Below the pieces are notes generated by a model. The model saw only the letters and a program-made list of their open reading frames with translations. It was not told the DNA's origin and made no database searches. Shown piece after piece: positions 24,390 through 35,114 of a stretch of DNA of 64,000 bases. Source of the stretch: Malacoraja senta (lineage: Eukaryota). The first letter of the stretch is position 1, and each line of letters opens with the position of its first letter. The translations under genes were made by a program, and so were the position numbers. Location of the stretch: the NCBI GenBank assembly GCA_038087875.1, contig CM075979.1:10230001-10294000 (forward strand), given 5' to 3'.

Positions 24390-24590
24390 AAGAGCTTGCA
24401 TTAATGTAGTGTCTATCATGACTTCAGGAGGTCCCACAGCGTTTTATTGTCAATGAAATGTGTTTGTGTTAGGCTGACTGTTGTAATTCCCTCATCATCC
24501 TTCAAATTTGTGCCATCCTTTAGCCTGAGCTGGGAGATCACTAGGCTCTGAGATTTCACCCAAACGGCAGCACCTTAGTCAGTGGTGCAA
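24390..24590 (-). mobile_element. Old DeuSINE-like (AmnSINE/SacSINE-type) remnant
   Basis: cttgcattaatgtagtg...caggaggtcccacagcgtttta resembles the reverse of the Deu-SINE tail; similar remnants near 17645, 39580, 48030, 57830 and 62020. Confidence 0.4.
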
Positions 24591-24689
24591 TGTTACCCAA
24601 GCTAGTTAGATTGGCTCGGAGGTGAGAGTGCAAATCGCTAAAGACCTACTCAATGCCGATCAAACCGATCAAAGATTTGGATCGAACGT

Positions 24690-24910
24690 TAGACACAAAA
24701 ATCTACTGGCATAACACAGTGGATCAGAAAGCATCGCTGGAGAAAAGGAATAGTTGATGTTTTGGGTCGGAACCCTTCTTCAGACTGAAGAAGGGTTCCG
24801 CCCCAAAACATCACCTATTCCTTTTCTCTAGAGATGCTGCCTGACTGCAAAGTTATTCCAGTATCTTGTGTCTTATCTTCGATATAAACCAGCATTTGCG
24901 TTTCTTTCCT
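24690..24910. mobile_element. Penelope pLTR palindrome
   Basis: ...cggaacccttcttcagactgaagaagggttccgcccc... centre of an inverted duplication. Confidence 0.75.
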
Positions 24911-24966
24911 TTACAAAGATTTGGGTCAACCTGTTGTATTGGATTTCCCTGAGGGGATCAATAAAG

Positions 24967-25000
<34 letters not shown>

Positions 25001-25038
25001 GTAAGACTTCCCTTAAAACCTATTTCTTTTGTGAATGT

Positions 25039-25361
25039 TTTAGTTTAGTTTAGAGATACGGTGCGGAAACAGGCCCTTTCAGCCCACCGGGTCTGCGCCG
25101 ACCAGCGATCCCCGGACATTAACACTATCCTACACACACTGGGGATATTTTTAAAAAACATTTACCAAGCCAATTAACCTACATACCTGTACGTCTTTGG
25201 AATGTGGGAGGAAACCGAAGATCTCGGAGAAAACCCACGCAGGTCACAGGGAGAACATACAAACTCCGTACAGGCAGCACCCGTAGTCAGGATCGAGCCA
25301 GAGTCTCCGGTGCTGCATTCGCTGTAAGGCAGCAACTCTACCGCTGTGCCACCATGCCGCC
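25039..25361 (-). mobile_element. V-SINE (HE1-like), full length
   Basis: Head, V-domain and tail on the reverse strand. Confidence 0.9.
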
Positions 25362-25589
25362 CTTTTGACGTAGCCTTCTGGTATTTCCATGTCACATATT
25401 CTTGGTCCAGTTTCTTCATCATCTCACCACAGTGAAGGTGGTAAATAAAGGCTAGGGTATTGTAGATGAGCAAAATATTAGCTGTTGACTGTGACCACAG
25501 CCTTTTGCCTCAAAACTCTGTGGATGATTTTGAAACTAAGATTGGTGGATTCTTTATGGGAAGGGCTGTATGTATGCAGTTCAGTTTAG

Positions 25590-27230
25590 TTTATTTTCGC
25601 ATGTACCAACTTACAATGAAAAGCTTTTTTTTGCATGCTAACCAGTTAGCGGAAAGACAATACATGATTACAATTGATCCATTCTGTATGGAGTTATGCT
25701 CTGGTATTTTATCTAATTCACATGTTTAATCAATAATGTTTTATTATTAATGTTTTATGTGTCATTCCTAACTGTCACTGTATGTCATGTTGTCACTTGC
25801 GGGCAGAGCACCAAGGCAAATTCCTTGTATGTGAATACTTGGCCAATAAACTTATTCGTTCATTCATTCATTCATTTATAGTGCATGGATACATGATAAG
25901 GGAATAACGTTTGGAGGAAGGTAAAGCCAGCAAAGTCCGATCAAGGAGATGTTGCTCAGTCGTAATCTGACTGAGAGATGGAAAAATCCAATTGTCAGTC
26001 ATACCTACTTCAGTTGCCACAGTCACCCAAACCTATCAACAGGTGCACCCCAGGTATAACACTGTTGATTTGAAAATAAAGTCAAATTTTTTTCTGCTAT
26101 TCTCTTATTTTCTATCTATATATATTTTTTTTTTAACTATTAGAGGCAGCGCGAATATCGATCGATAATATTAGTAATGTAGGAATGAAATACATGAAAT
26201 GTTTTCAATATGACATGTACCTGCCTCTAATAAAAATATTATTTAAAAAAAAATTTAAATTAAATTTAAAAAAAGGTCAATTGCTGAGGGTGCACTCATC
26301 TCTCCTTAACCACATGCTGCTGAGAAATGTTTAAATGAAGAAGCAATCCAAAAATGTGCACAGTTGATCTAAGAAACATAAGCCAGTGGGAAATTTGGTC
26401 AATTCGAGTTTATTGTCATGTGCACAGGTATAATCAGATACAGGTACAATGAAATTCTTGCTTGCATCAGCATCACAAGCTCAGAGTCAAGAGTGTTTTA
26501 TTGTCATAATATTGTCCCAGATAGAACAGTGAAATTCTTACTAGCAGCGGCACAACAGAATATGTAAACATAGTACACTGTAAACAATATAATAAATGAG
26601 AAAAAAATGAGTTCAGTGTGTGTATATTTAGATATACACACATATACAATCATACATTCTGTACATACATATACACACATATATATAAACCTTTGTCAGC
26701 GGAAAGACAATACATGATTGCAATCGAACCATTTACAGTGTATAGATACATGATAAGGGAATAACATTTACTGTCAAGTCAAGTCAAGTTTATTCGTCAC
26801 ATACACATACGAGATGTGCAGTGAAATGAAAAAGTGGCAATGCTTGCGGATTGTGCAAAAAAACTACAAACAGAATGGAACAGAATCACATATTCACATA
26901 TTACATATTACAATGCAAGGTAAAGCCAGTAAAGTCCGATCAAGGAGAGTCTGAGGGTCACCAATGAGGTAGATAGTAGTTCAGGACTGCTCTCAGGTTG
27001 TGGTAGGATGATTCATTTGCTCGATAACAGCTGAGAAGAACCTGTCCATGAATCTGGAGATGTGTGGTTTCACACTTCTATACATTTTGCCCGATGGGAG
27101 AGGGGAGAGGATGGAGAAGGCCAGGGTGCGACTTGTCCTTGATTATGCTGCTGGCCTTGCCAAGGCAGTGTGAAGTGTAAATGGAATCAATGGAAGGGAG
27201 GTTGGTTTGTGTGATGGTCTGGGCTACGTC
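25590..27230 (-). mobile_element. Cluster of Rex1/Babar and other LINE 3' ends
   Basis: Minus-strand AQTITQTNLPSIDSIYTSHCLGKASSIIKDKSHP at 27120-27225; several tails with (TTGAC)n or (ATTC)n and AATAAA. Confidence 0.65.
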
Positions 27231-27859
27231 TAGGAATGGATAGGCGATCCTTCTTCAGACTCATCGGAATAATCATCGAGGCACTTTCATTTGCTACTTA
27301 CTGAAATATTGGAGGTGGGGTGGGGTTGGCGAAGGGGTGCCGTAGCGTTGGAGAGGAGATGCTATGTGATCAAATCTCCAACATTGCATCCAACGGCAGT
27401 CAGCAATGCTATACTCTTATCATTGTTACATTGTGAGATTCCAAGACGCAGCCATCAACTATTAAAACATTTGTCAATGCATTATGTTCCTACCCCAGTG
27501 GCAGAGTTATCTTTGACACCAATCAATGAATGATCCCCTAGACAGCACTTGGTTACTTTAAAAGAACAACTGATGTATTGATTGCACAGCGGGAATGAAA
27601 ACAACGTTGGAGTTTTGAACCTTTTATGCTCTGACATCTCTAAAGACATTTTCTGCTTGATTCTCTGACACAGCCGAGAAATTACAGTTAAGAAATGAAA
27701 GATTGGCACTCTTGTACAATATATACAGCCATTGCTATAATGGGATTATATGGCAATTATATGGTTCGTCATGTAAATGGTGGTCATTATAAAACATTCC
27801 ATCTTGTTCCCAAACTCCTCCTTCCTTCAAACATCTACCTAACATTACAGGACCGTTAT

Positions 27860-28166
27860 AGGGGCGTCACGGTAGCATAGCGGTAGAGTTACTGCCTTAC
27901 AGTGTCTGAAACCCGGGTTCGATCCTGGCTATAGGTGCTTGTCTGTACATTCTCCCAGTGACCTGCGTGGGTTTTCTCCGAGATCTTCGGTTTTCTCCCA
28001 CACTCCAAAGATGTACAGGTTTGTAGGCTAATTGGCTTGGTATAAATGTACAAAAATGTCCCGAGTGTGTGTATGGTAGTGTTAATGTGCGGGGACTGCT
28101 GGTCGGTGCTGACTCTGTGGGCCAAAGAGCCTGTTTCCGCACTGTATCTCTAAATTAAACAAAACT
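27860..28166 (+). mobile_element. V-SINE (HE1-like)
   Basis: Head, B box ggttcgatcc, V-domain and tail. Confidence 0.88.
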
Positions 28167-28238
28167 AGGCCATGGAATTTTATAGTCCAGAAGATCACTT
28201 AGCTCATCACTTCTGTGATAACTCAATGAAAACTATCT

Positions 28239-28377
28239 TCTTCTTCTTGCGTATGGCGTGCACAGCCTAAAGTTGTGGGATAACTTGTTCTATTTGATCT
28301 TGTTTGATTGTGCACGCCGGGTTGATTGCATTCGTTGAAACAAGGCGGACCACGTGAAGGTTGCAATCTTCCACCCC
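28239..28377 (-). mobile_element. 139-bp ribozyme-headed non-autonomous retroelement, copy 1 (probably Vingi/Ingi- or RTE-mobilised)
   Basis: 14-bp TSD aatgaaaactatct (28225-28238, 28378-28391); ends ...GCCATACGC(AAG)n; 6 mismatches against copy 2 with identical length. Confidence 0.9.
28324..28377 (-). ncRNA. Minimal HDV-like (CPEB3-type) self-cleaving ribozyme
   Basis: P1 GGGGUGG/CCGCCUU (G1-U wobble), P2 GAUUGCA/UGCAAUC, P3 ACC/GGU, L3 UUCACGU, G after P1 for P1.1, J4/2 CGAA. Confidence 0.85.
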
Positions 28378-28524
28378 AATGAAAACTATCTAACTGTGCC
28401 AGCTCTCTGGCTCTTTCCTGATAAATGTTAACCTGGCACAACAGCACAACATTGTAAACGCATTAAACTGTAGAATTATTGGACAACAGAGTGAAAGTGG
28501 CTTTGTGCAACAACTGAAAAGAAT

Positions 28525-28992
28525 TCCCATGCTGACTTCCCTGTCCTGGGCCTCCTCCACTGTCAGAGTGAGGCCACACGCAAGTTGAAGGAACAGCACC
28601 TTATATTCTGCCTGGGCAGCTTAAAGCCCAGCAGCATGAACGTTGATTTCCCTAATTTCAAATAACTCCTGCATCCTTCCCCTACCCCCTCTCTCCACCT
28701 GTACCCCACTCTCGCCATCCTACCAGTTCCACTGTTCGCATCCCTGCATCCCTGTTGTTAGCACATCTTCCCCAGCCAACAATGGGCCCTTATGGACTCC
28801 ACCCTCCCTGAGGTTACCTGTTGCCTGCCCTGCTTTGTTCTGGCTTTATCTCGCCTCCAACTACCCCCCCCCCCCCCAACCTCTACCTTTCAGTCTGAAG
28901 AAGGGTTCCGCCACTAAACGTCACCTATTTCTTTTTTCCGGAGATGCTGCCTGACCCGCTGAGTTACTCCAGCATTTTGTGTCTATCTTCCA
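28525..28992 (+). mobile_element. Penelope-like element 3' end (GIY-YIG tail, UTR, pLTR)
   Basis: VLGLLHCQSEATRKLKEQHLIFCLGSLKPSSMNVDFPNFK*, then a pLTR with CTGAAGA core at 28894. Confidence 0.85.
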
Positions 28993-29775
28993 AAGGAAAA
29001 GAACTCATGGGCAAAATTTCCTCAGCAGCCCGTGGTTATGGAGGAATAGACAGGGATAAAGAGAGGTGTTACCATGAAAATGAGGCTGCGAGTTTAACAT
29101 TGTTTGATTGTGAACCAGTGCAGGCCAGTGAACTCATAAGGAATGCCAAAGAGGTGTTAGAGTCACAGAGGCATAGTCATAGAGGTATACATCCTGGAAA
29201 CAGTTCACCTTGGTCATGCTGACCGAGTTGGTACATTGGGCTAATCCTGCATTTGATCCACATCCCACAAAACCCTTCCTATCCATATATCTGTCCAAAC
29301 ACCTTTCCGCAGTCTCCATGTGTGTTTTGTCTCAGGGGGAAGATGTCGGGGTGATTACCTAACTCAAGCAGAGTGCATGGCATTCCTGGATAAAGATCAG
29401 CAAATGAACCTCAATGGAGAAACCAGACCCAATCGAGTGTACTTTGGAGCTGGTCGTTGTCAGTGGATGCGTGGAAACTGATGACACATTTTTTTTACAC
29501 ATACTGAGGGGCTTCAAGTGAATGAGAAATAGACAGAACTTAATGGTGGGAATGGTAAGAAAGTCCATTGAAGATATTTTTTTAGTACAAGCACATGTAT
29601 AAAAATAGGTCCAGGCAGATGCTCTCCTATCTAATATGGATAAACATGCTTTAACTGCTAAATGTTTTCTTTGGGTCAATGGGAAACAGGAGCATTGCAA
29701 CAAAATAGTAAGATTAAACGAGAACTTACCAGTTCGAAGTTTGATCATTATTTTATGAGGAGTACGTTGAGGGAA

Positions 29776-29811
29776 TACGTGAAGAACCCCGCCAGGACGC
29801 ATGCGTGTCAT
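29776..29811 (+). repeat. DIRS right (3') ITR core; 3' extension runs to 29702
   Basis: tacgtgaagaaccccgccaggacgcatgcgtgtcat, inverted copy of 34410-34445. Confidence 0.95.
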
Positions 29812-29918
29812 TCTTCAAAGCAGCGGTGTGAAATCACAGATAACTGTAATGACTGAACATAGTAAGATTAGAAAAGATGATACCAGTTGAATATATGATC
29901 AAGGGTGGGAGCGGAGGG

Positions 29919-30030
29919 CACGTATTCCCTCAACGTACTCCTCATAAAATAATGATCAAACTTCGAACTGGTAAGTTCTCGTTTAATCTTACTATTTTAC
30001 TTCGGAGTCACGTGAGTGACTACGTGAAGA
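29919..30030 (+). repeat. DIRS internal complementary region (ICR)
   Basis: 29919-29998 is the reverse complement of 29702-29781 and 29996-30030 of 34436-34470; the two parts are joined through a shared TTT. Confidence 0.95.
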
Positions 30031-30190
30031 TTTCAAAGCTCTGTGATTTCATGCCGTGGAAACGAGTCCATGCATCACATCTGCCTTAATGACTATGGGA
30101 GGAATTGTGTTAACATGTTTAGACATGAATATGACATTGAAATCCATGATCCATTAACACCAAATTATAGCCCCTATTTATGGGGTGAAA

Positions 30191-31166
30191 TTATATTACA
30201 GAACTTAAAATTGTTTCTGCAAACGTTCCAGATTTAATTACTGGTTTATGATAAAATAGTTGGAAAGGTTTCTCCGTTGACCATCCTGCTGTCTTGAGGA
30301 TTTGGTCCATCGGAACATCCAACTGCATAGCTGCCGATGTAGCTGCAGCCCTGGTGGAATGAGATTTGAAAATGTTAGTATCCACCCCAGCCTTTAATAG
30401 AACCTGTTTCAGCCATCTTGAGATGGTCTGGACCGTCACTTTTTTGTGAGGTTGCTTGTGGCTGATTAATAGTGCCATCTCTTGCCTCTGATGATTTTCG
30501 TGTTCTCCATATATAGCAGTAAATGTCTTGCTATATAGAGACGATCATCTGTCGGGTAAGCCCTAAATTCTATATTGAGGCCTGCTGACCCCCGTCTGTT
30601 CTGCTTGACTAATTCATAAATATAACACGTTATATTTACAGATGAAGAAGTCATGTTGTCCAGTCTTAACTTATGTAATGACTGTACCCTTTGTGCCGTG
30701 ACCAATGCCATCAGCATGACTGTTTTCAGTGTCAGTCTTTGTAGGGACAGAGTTTTGCTGGAGACCAATTCCTTAGCATCATCAGGACAATACTCACATC
30801 CCATATTTGGGAGTACCTGGTTCTTGGGGGATTGATATTAAAAATTCCCCTCATAAGTTTTGTTACCAGGGGGTGAGTTCCAACAGAATGACGCTCTGTT
30901 CCTTGGTATAGATATGTTGACAAGGCACTTCTGGCGCAGTTGATGGCACTATAACTGAGCCCCTCATCGTAATGGAGGCCTGCCAGGAATTCCAGAACAG
31001 ACAGGATGTTCATGGATGTGTAGGTGATGTTGTTTCTGTGACAGTACATCTCCCATTCCCTGATGTATACCAGGTACTGTTTTTTGGTGGACTGTCTGTG
31101 GGCCGCTGAAATAATGTTCACTGTTCGGTCCGTCAGTCCCAGTTGCAGTAGAGGTACTTTTAGACT
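30191..31166 (-). pseudogene. DIRS tyrosine recombinase (frameshifted near 30780 and 30480)
   Basis: SAM-like N-terminus (RQSTKKQY; LSYSAINCARSALS), catalytic R (TAQRV), K (LVKQ), HSTR, AGW, and Y (LFYHKP). Confidence 0.93.
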
Positions 31167-31600
31167 CTACAAATTAATAAGTTCATATGGTTATGACATG
31201 GGTGGCTTTCCCTTGTTACGGGATGAACCAGTAAATCTGGTCTATGCCAGATGGTGATGCATGGTTCTAATACCATGTCGAATATCACAGGGAACCATGG
31301 TTGAGCAGGCCAATCGGGTACTACCAAAATACCAGACGGAGAGTCTTGCTGTATTTTCCTTAATACCCGACTGATGAGGCAGAAAGGAGGGAATGCATAA
31401 ATAAACAATTTCCCACCCCAATGCAGCGAAAATGCATCTGTCGCCGCTGCCCCAGGATCTGGTTCCCATGAAACATAGTTTGATAACTGTAGATTAAGCC
31501 TGGATGCGAATAGATCGATATCTGGTGTTCCATACCATGCTGTAATATCAGCAAATACTTTTTTATCCAACATCCATTCGGTATTTTCATTAAATTTGCG
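31160..31600 (-). pseudogene. DIRS N6-adenine methyltransferase-like domain
   Basis: DIDLFASRLN...ATDAF..HW...YAFPPF.LISRVLRKI...ILVVPDWPAQPWFP, in frame with the RNase H tail. Confidence 0.85.
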
Positions 31601-33000
31601 TGACCTGGTGTCTGCCACTGAATTTAGTTTACTTGGTAGGTAAGTGGCTGATATCCAAATATTTTTCTGGATACACCATTGCCAAATTGTGTTGGCCAGC
31701 TTGTCACATGATGTCGATTTGTTTCCACCCATGTGGTTGATATATGCTACCACCGTGGTATTGTCAATCTGTAGTCTAACATGCTGGTGACATAACCCAG
31801 AACAATATGACTTTAGGCCCTACAGCTGGAGATGGAATTGGTAGCACCCTAACCAAGTGCACTGGCATCCGTTTGTAGCACCATAGAAGGGTTGCTGATA
31901 ACGATTGGATTGGAACAATGCTGACTGTTATCTTTCCACCATTTTAGTTCCATTATGGCTTCGATTGGTAGCTTCATTGGTCTGTCAAAATGACCAGCAT
32001 TAACTTTGAGTGCTCGTATTTTTGCCCTCTGTAAATTTTGATAATGTAAAGGTCCAAATTGTGTGGCTGGAAAGGCAGCCACTATTTTGCCAATTATTCT
32101 TGCTACCAATCTGATGGATGGTTTACTGATGAGGGTATTGCAAGCCTCTATTAAGGCTATAGCCTTTTCCTTAGGCAAAGTCACCAACATGTGAACTGAG
32201 TTAATGGTGAACCCCAAATAATCCATTGTGGTGGAAGGGTTTAATTTAGATTTAACTGGATGGATGATAAACCCATGTTTTAAATAATTGTTTTGTGGCT
32301 GTTACCGTTTCTTTGGCCAATTCCAAAGTTTTGCCCACAATGAGGATGTCATCTAGTTATGCCATCACCATGTGTTTTTGTTTCCGCAGAAACGGTAGAG
32401 CTGGTTTCAAAATTTTAGTGAACAGCCTAGGGCTGAGGTTAGCCCATTTGGTAGTGCTCTGTACTGCCAGAGCTGTCCCATCCAGTTGAATTTTAAATAA
32501 CATCTGTGGTCACCTCGTATAGGGACTGAATAGTAAGCATCTTTTAAATCGATGCTAGCCATGAAGTAACCTTTGGAAATCAATTGTTTAGCAGTAACAA
32601 AGGTTTCCATTGTGAAATGAATATATTGTACAAAAGTATTCAAATTTGTCAAATCTATGATGATGCGACAACACCATCTTTTTTGTTTTTTGGTAAAGAT
32701 ATTGGACACAAATTCCAGCGATTCGTGTTGGTTTTTTTCAATTAGCCGTTTTGCGTAAAGCCGCTCCAGTTCAGCATGTGCTTCTGATTTTTCTTTACCT
32801 GAAAGTACGAACATTCGGTTCGGTACATGGTGAACTGGAGGGCTATGTTTGTGTATAAATTCTATGGTATATCCCTGGATACTGCTTAAAATATAAGTGT
32901 CTGTAGTTAACATACTCGATTCATCCAGAAAGAAGTGTAATCTCCCACCAACCTCCATACTCCCTGCAATTCGTAAGGAACCAGACCCACCTACCTCCAT
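31601..33000 (-). pseudogene. DIRS reverse transcriptase / RNase H (stops, frameshifts, deletion)
   Basis: VGGRL, SIDLKDAYYSVP, LPNGL, YLDD with Y mutated to TAA (~32358), YLGF, TDAS, DNTTVVAYINHMGG; part of RNase H deleted at ~31820. Confidence 0.92.
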
Positions 33001-33129
33001 AGTTACCAGTGGCTGGTTTACTTCCTTTTGTGAATCCTTCATGGAGGTTGAGGCGCCGGCGTCTGGGTTTGTGGTTGGGTTGGCGTTGGGGGTTTGCGCA
33101 TCTTCCACGAAGGCCGGTCTGGGCCATGG

Positions 33130-34265
33130 CCTAAAAAGACCCATGTGCAGTGTACCTGGCCTTTGAACTTTCACCAGTTTGTCTTGTTCTACTGGTGGGT
33201 GCATAAGGGTGCTGTTTATGACCATAGTAGGGTTTTGATGATGTCGCTTTGATGAGCCCCAGGGTTTTTCCTCCTCATCGAGCTCTTTGACTTGTTTGGA
33301 TAGGTTACCTCCAAATAGTAAAATTGGTGGTTTTATGTTGCCAGGTTTGCACAGACCTGCAAATTTCGGGTTTAAAGCAGGTCGAATGGCACTCTTCCTG
33401 ATGACGTTAATTTTGTATTGTGTATTACAGAGCAGTGCCAGTGCATCCTGTTGATCCTGCGACATCTCCTTTTCATCTACTGTCCGGGCGAAAGCTGTTG
33501 TTCCCGTTGTTAGGAGCTTTAGTACTTTTTGGAGTTTGACATCCATGCCTCTAACTCCTGCTCCGACGTGTTTCCATATGCAATTATTTACAATGGGAAC
33601 ATTCAGGGATGTACAGTTCCCAGGTGGCAAATGTCTTGCCGTGGTGTCCACTACAGCCTGTTCCTGTAGCTGCTTAAATGACATATAGTCAATACTGGCA
33701 GCTAGTTTTGGTTCCAGGTTTCGGCCAGTTTGGTCTGGCTGTACGAATTGGGACACCATGTCCAGTAGATTTTGGTCTTCCTGCACCCCTCGCACACTTG
33801 ATGTTTGTTCTGGAAACCCCTCTTCAGGGTCAGCCCAGAATTGACCCCCAGTACTCCCCTCTGACGAGGGAGATGCACTGTGCAGACCTACAAGAGGTGC
33901 TGCTGTGGGTGTATTAAATTGCCCACAGTGACTAGACTCCATCTCCCGGAGCCTGTCACGTTGGAGCATTTGCTCCATAAGCCGCTCCATCCGGCTCCAG
34001 CGTTCACGGTCGCTGGTCGCTGGCCGCTCGCGGCTGCTCAAAGTCGGACTCATCCGAGTCGACGACTCTATTAGACTTTTGTATTGCCTTACCGCCCGGC
34101 CGCGGTGTAGATCTGGCCGGTGCGGGGCCGAAGTCGGGCACAGCTGTTCCCATTACGGGTGATTCCCGTGCCGCTGGCCGCTGGCCGCTGCTGGCTGCCC
34201 GCAACTCCGCGGTCCTCCCTCGCCAGCTTTGGAGCAGCCTTCTTGGTTTTCCTCGTTTTGTCCAT
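33130..34265 (-). pseudogene. DIRS ORF1 (gag-like), frameshifted
   Basis: ATG at 34265 (MDKTRK...); PGNCTSLNVPIVN..IW, DVKLQKV and LLFG motifs typical of DIRS ORF1; fused to RT in the ORF track by a frameshift. Confidence 0.75.
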
Positions 34266-34409
34266 TGGAGTCTACACCTGTAAAACAGTATGTAGAACAA
34301 AAAAAAGAACGCAGAGTATCACTTACCTGCAGTTCCCGGCTTTTGAATTTTGCCGCTGAGGGGGAACGTCGTTCCACCCGTGTGACTGTTTCGCAATGCG
34401 TGTAGCGAT

Positions 34410-34445
34410 ATGACACGCATGCGTCCTGGCGGGGTTCTTCACGTA
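34410..34445 (-). repeat. DIRS left (5') ITR core; 5' extension runs to 34470
   Basis: Perfect 36-bp reverse complement of 29776-29811. Confidence 0.95.
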
Positions 34446-34539
34446 GTCACTCACGTGACTCCGAAGTAAAGTTGGGCTATTCATGACAGAACTTGCCCTG
34501 GCAATTAATGTCCAGTATCTATCTTAATCAGATCTACCT

Positions 34540-34678
34540 TCTTCTTCTTGCGTATGGCGTGCACAGCCTAAAGTTGTAGGACAACTTGTTCTATTTGATC
34601 TTATTTGATTGTGCACTCCGGGTTGATTGCATTCGTTGAAACAAGGCGGACCACGTGAAGGTTGCAATCTCCCACCAC
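34540..34678 (-). mobile_element. 139-bp ribozyme-headed non-autonomous retroelement, copy 2
   Basis: 10-bp TSD agatctacct (34530-34539, 34679-34688); same 5' end and (AAG)n tail as copy 1. Confidence 0.9.
34625..34678 (-). ncRNA. Minimal HDV-like ribozyme, copy 2 (G2-to-U change in P1)
   Basis: GUGGUGG-GA-GAUUGCA-ACC-UUCACGU-GGU-CCGCCUU-GUUUCAA-CGAA-UGCAAUC. Confidence 0.8.
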
Positions 34679-35114
34679 AGATCTACCTGCATTGCTTTGA
34701 ATACCCTTGATCTACTCATCGACCTGACCACCAAGCTTCTACATTGTTTTCAACAGAATGAATTGGGTATTTCTACTCATAGTATCATCACGTCTCAAGC
34801 ATTCAGTCCAGGGTGGCCATTATGAAGGCTTTTCACATTGACACATTCCCTCAGATCTTTCTCTGCTGTTATGTCCTTTTGGTTAATTATTCGATTATCT
34901 TTTGAATGGTATTATTAAAACTGCCTCCTCCGTTTCTTTAAGCAATGCTTTTTGAATCTAAGCAGTGTTCTGCCTAATTATTATTTCACAATCACCCCCT
35001 GGTTCCTTTTCTCTATCTCAAACGTGTATCTCCTGATTATTGGCACTCCTGTAGGAGGCAACATCTACTCTTACCACTATATCATAACCATTCATAATTT
35101 TCAATAAACTAATG

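Larger units (their letters stand above)
29702..34470 (-). mobile_element. DIRS1-type tyrosine-recombinase retrotransposon, structurally complete, coding-defective
   Basis: ITRs, internal complementary region, TTT termini without TSD, gag-RT-RNaseH-MT-YR order. Confidence 0.96.

Noticed and set aside
30191-31753. Phage or bacterial contamination (lambda-type integrase plus Dam-like methylase)
   Set aside because: Both lie within a DIRS element with RT/RNase H, ITRs and an ICR, embedded in vertebrate repeats
32407-34053. 548-aa ORF as a functional gene
   Set aside because: A chance fusion of gag and RT frames through frameshifts; it ends before the RT catalytic motif, which itself contains a stop
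28239-34678. The two 139-bp direct repeats acting as LTRs of a composite element enclosing the DIRS
   Set aside because: Each copy has its own different TSD and tail, and there are no TG...CA ends, PBS or common outer TSD
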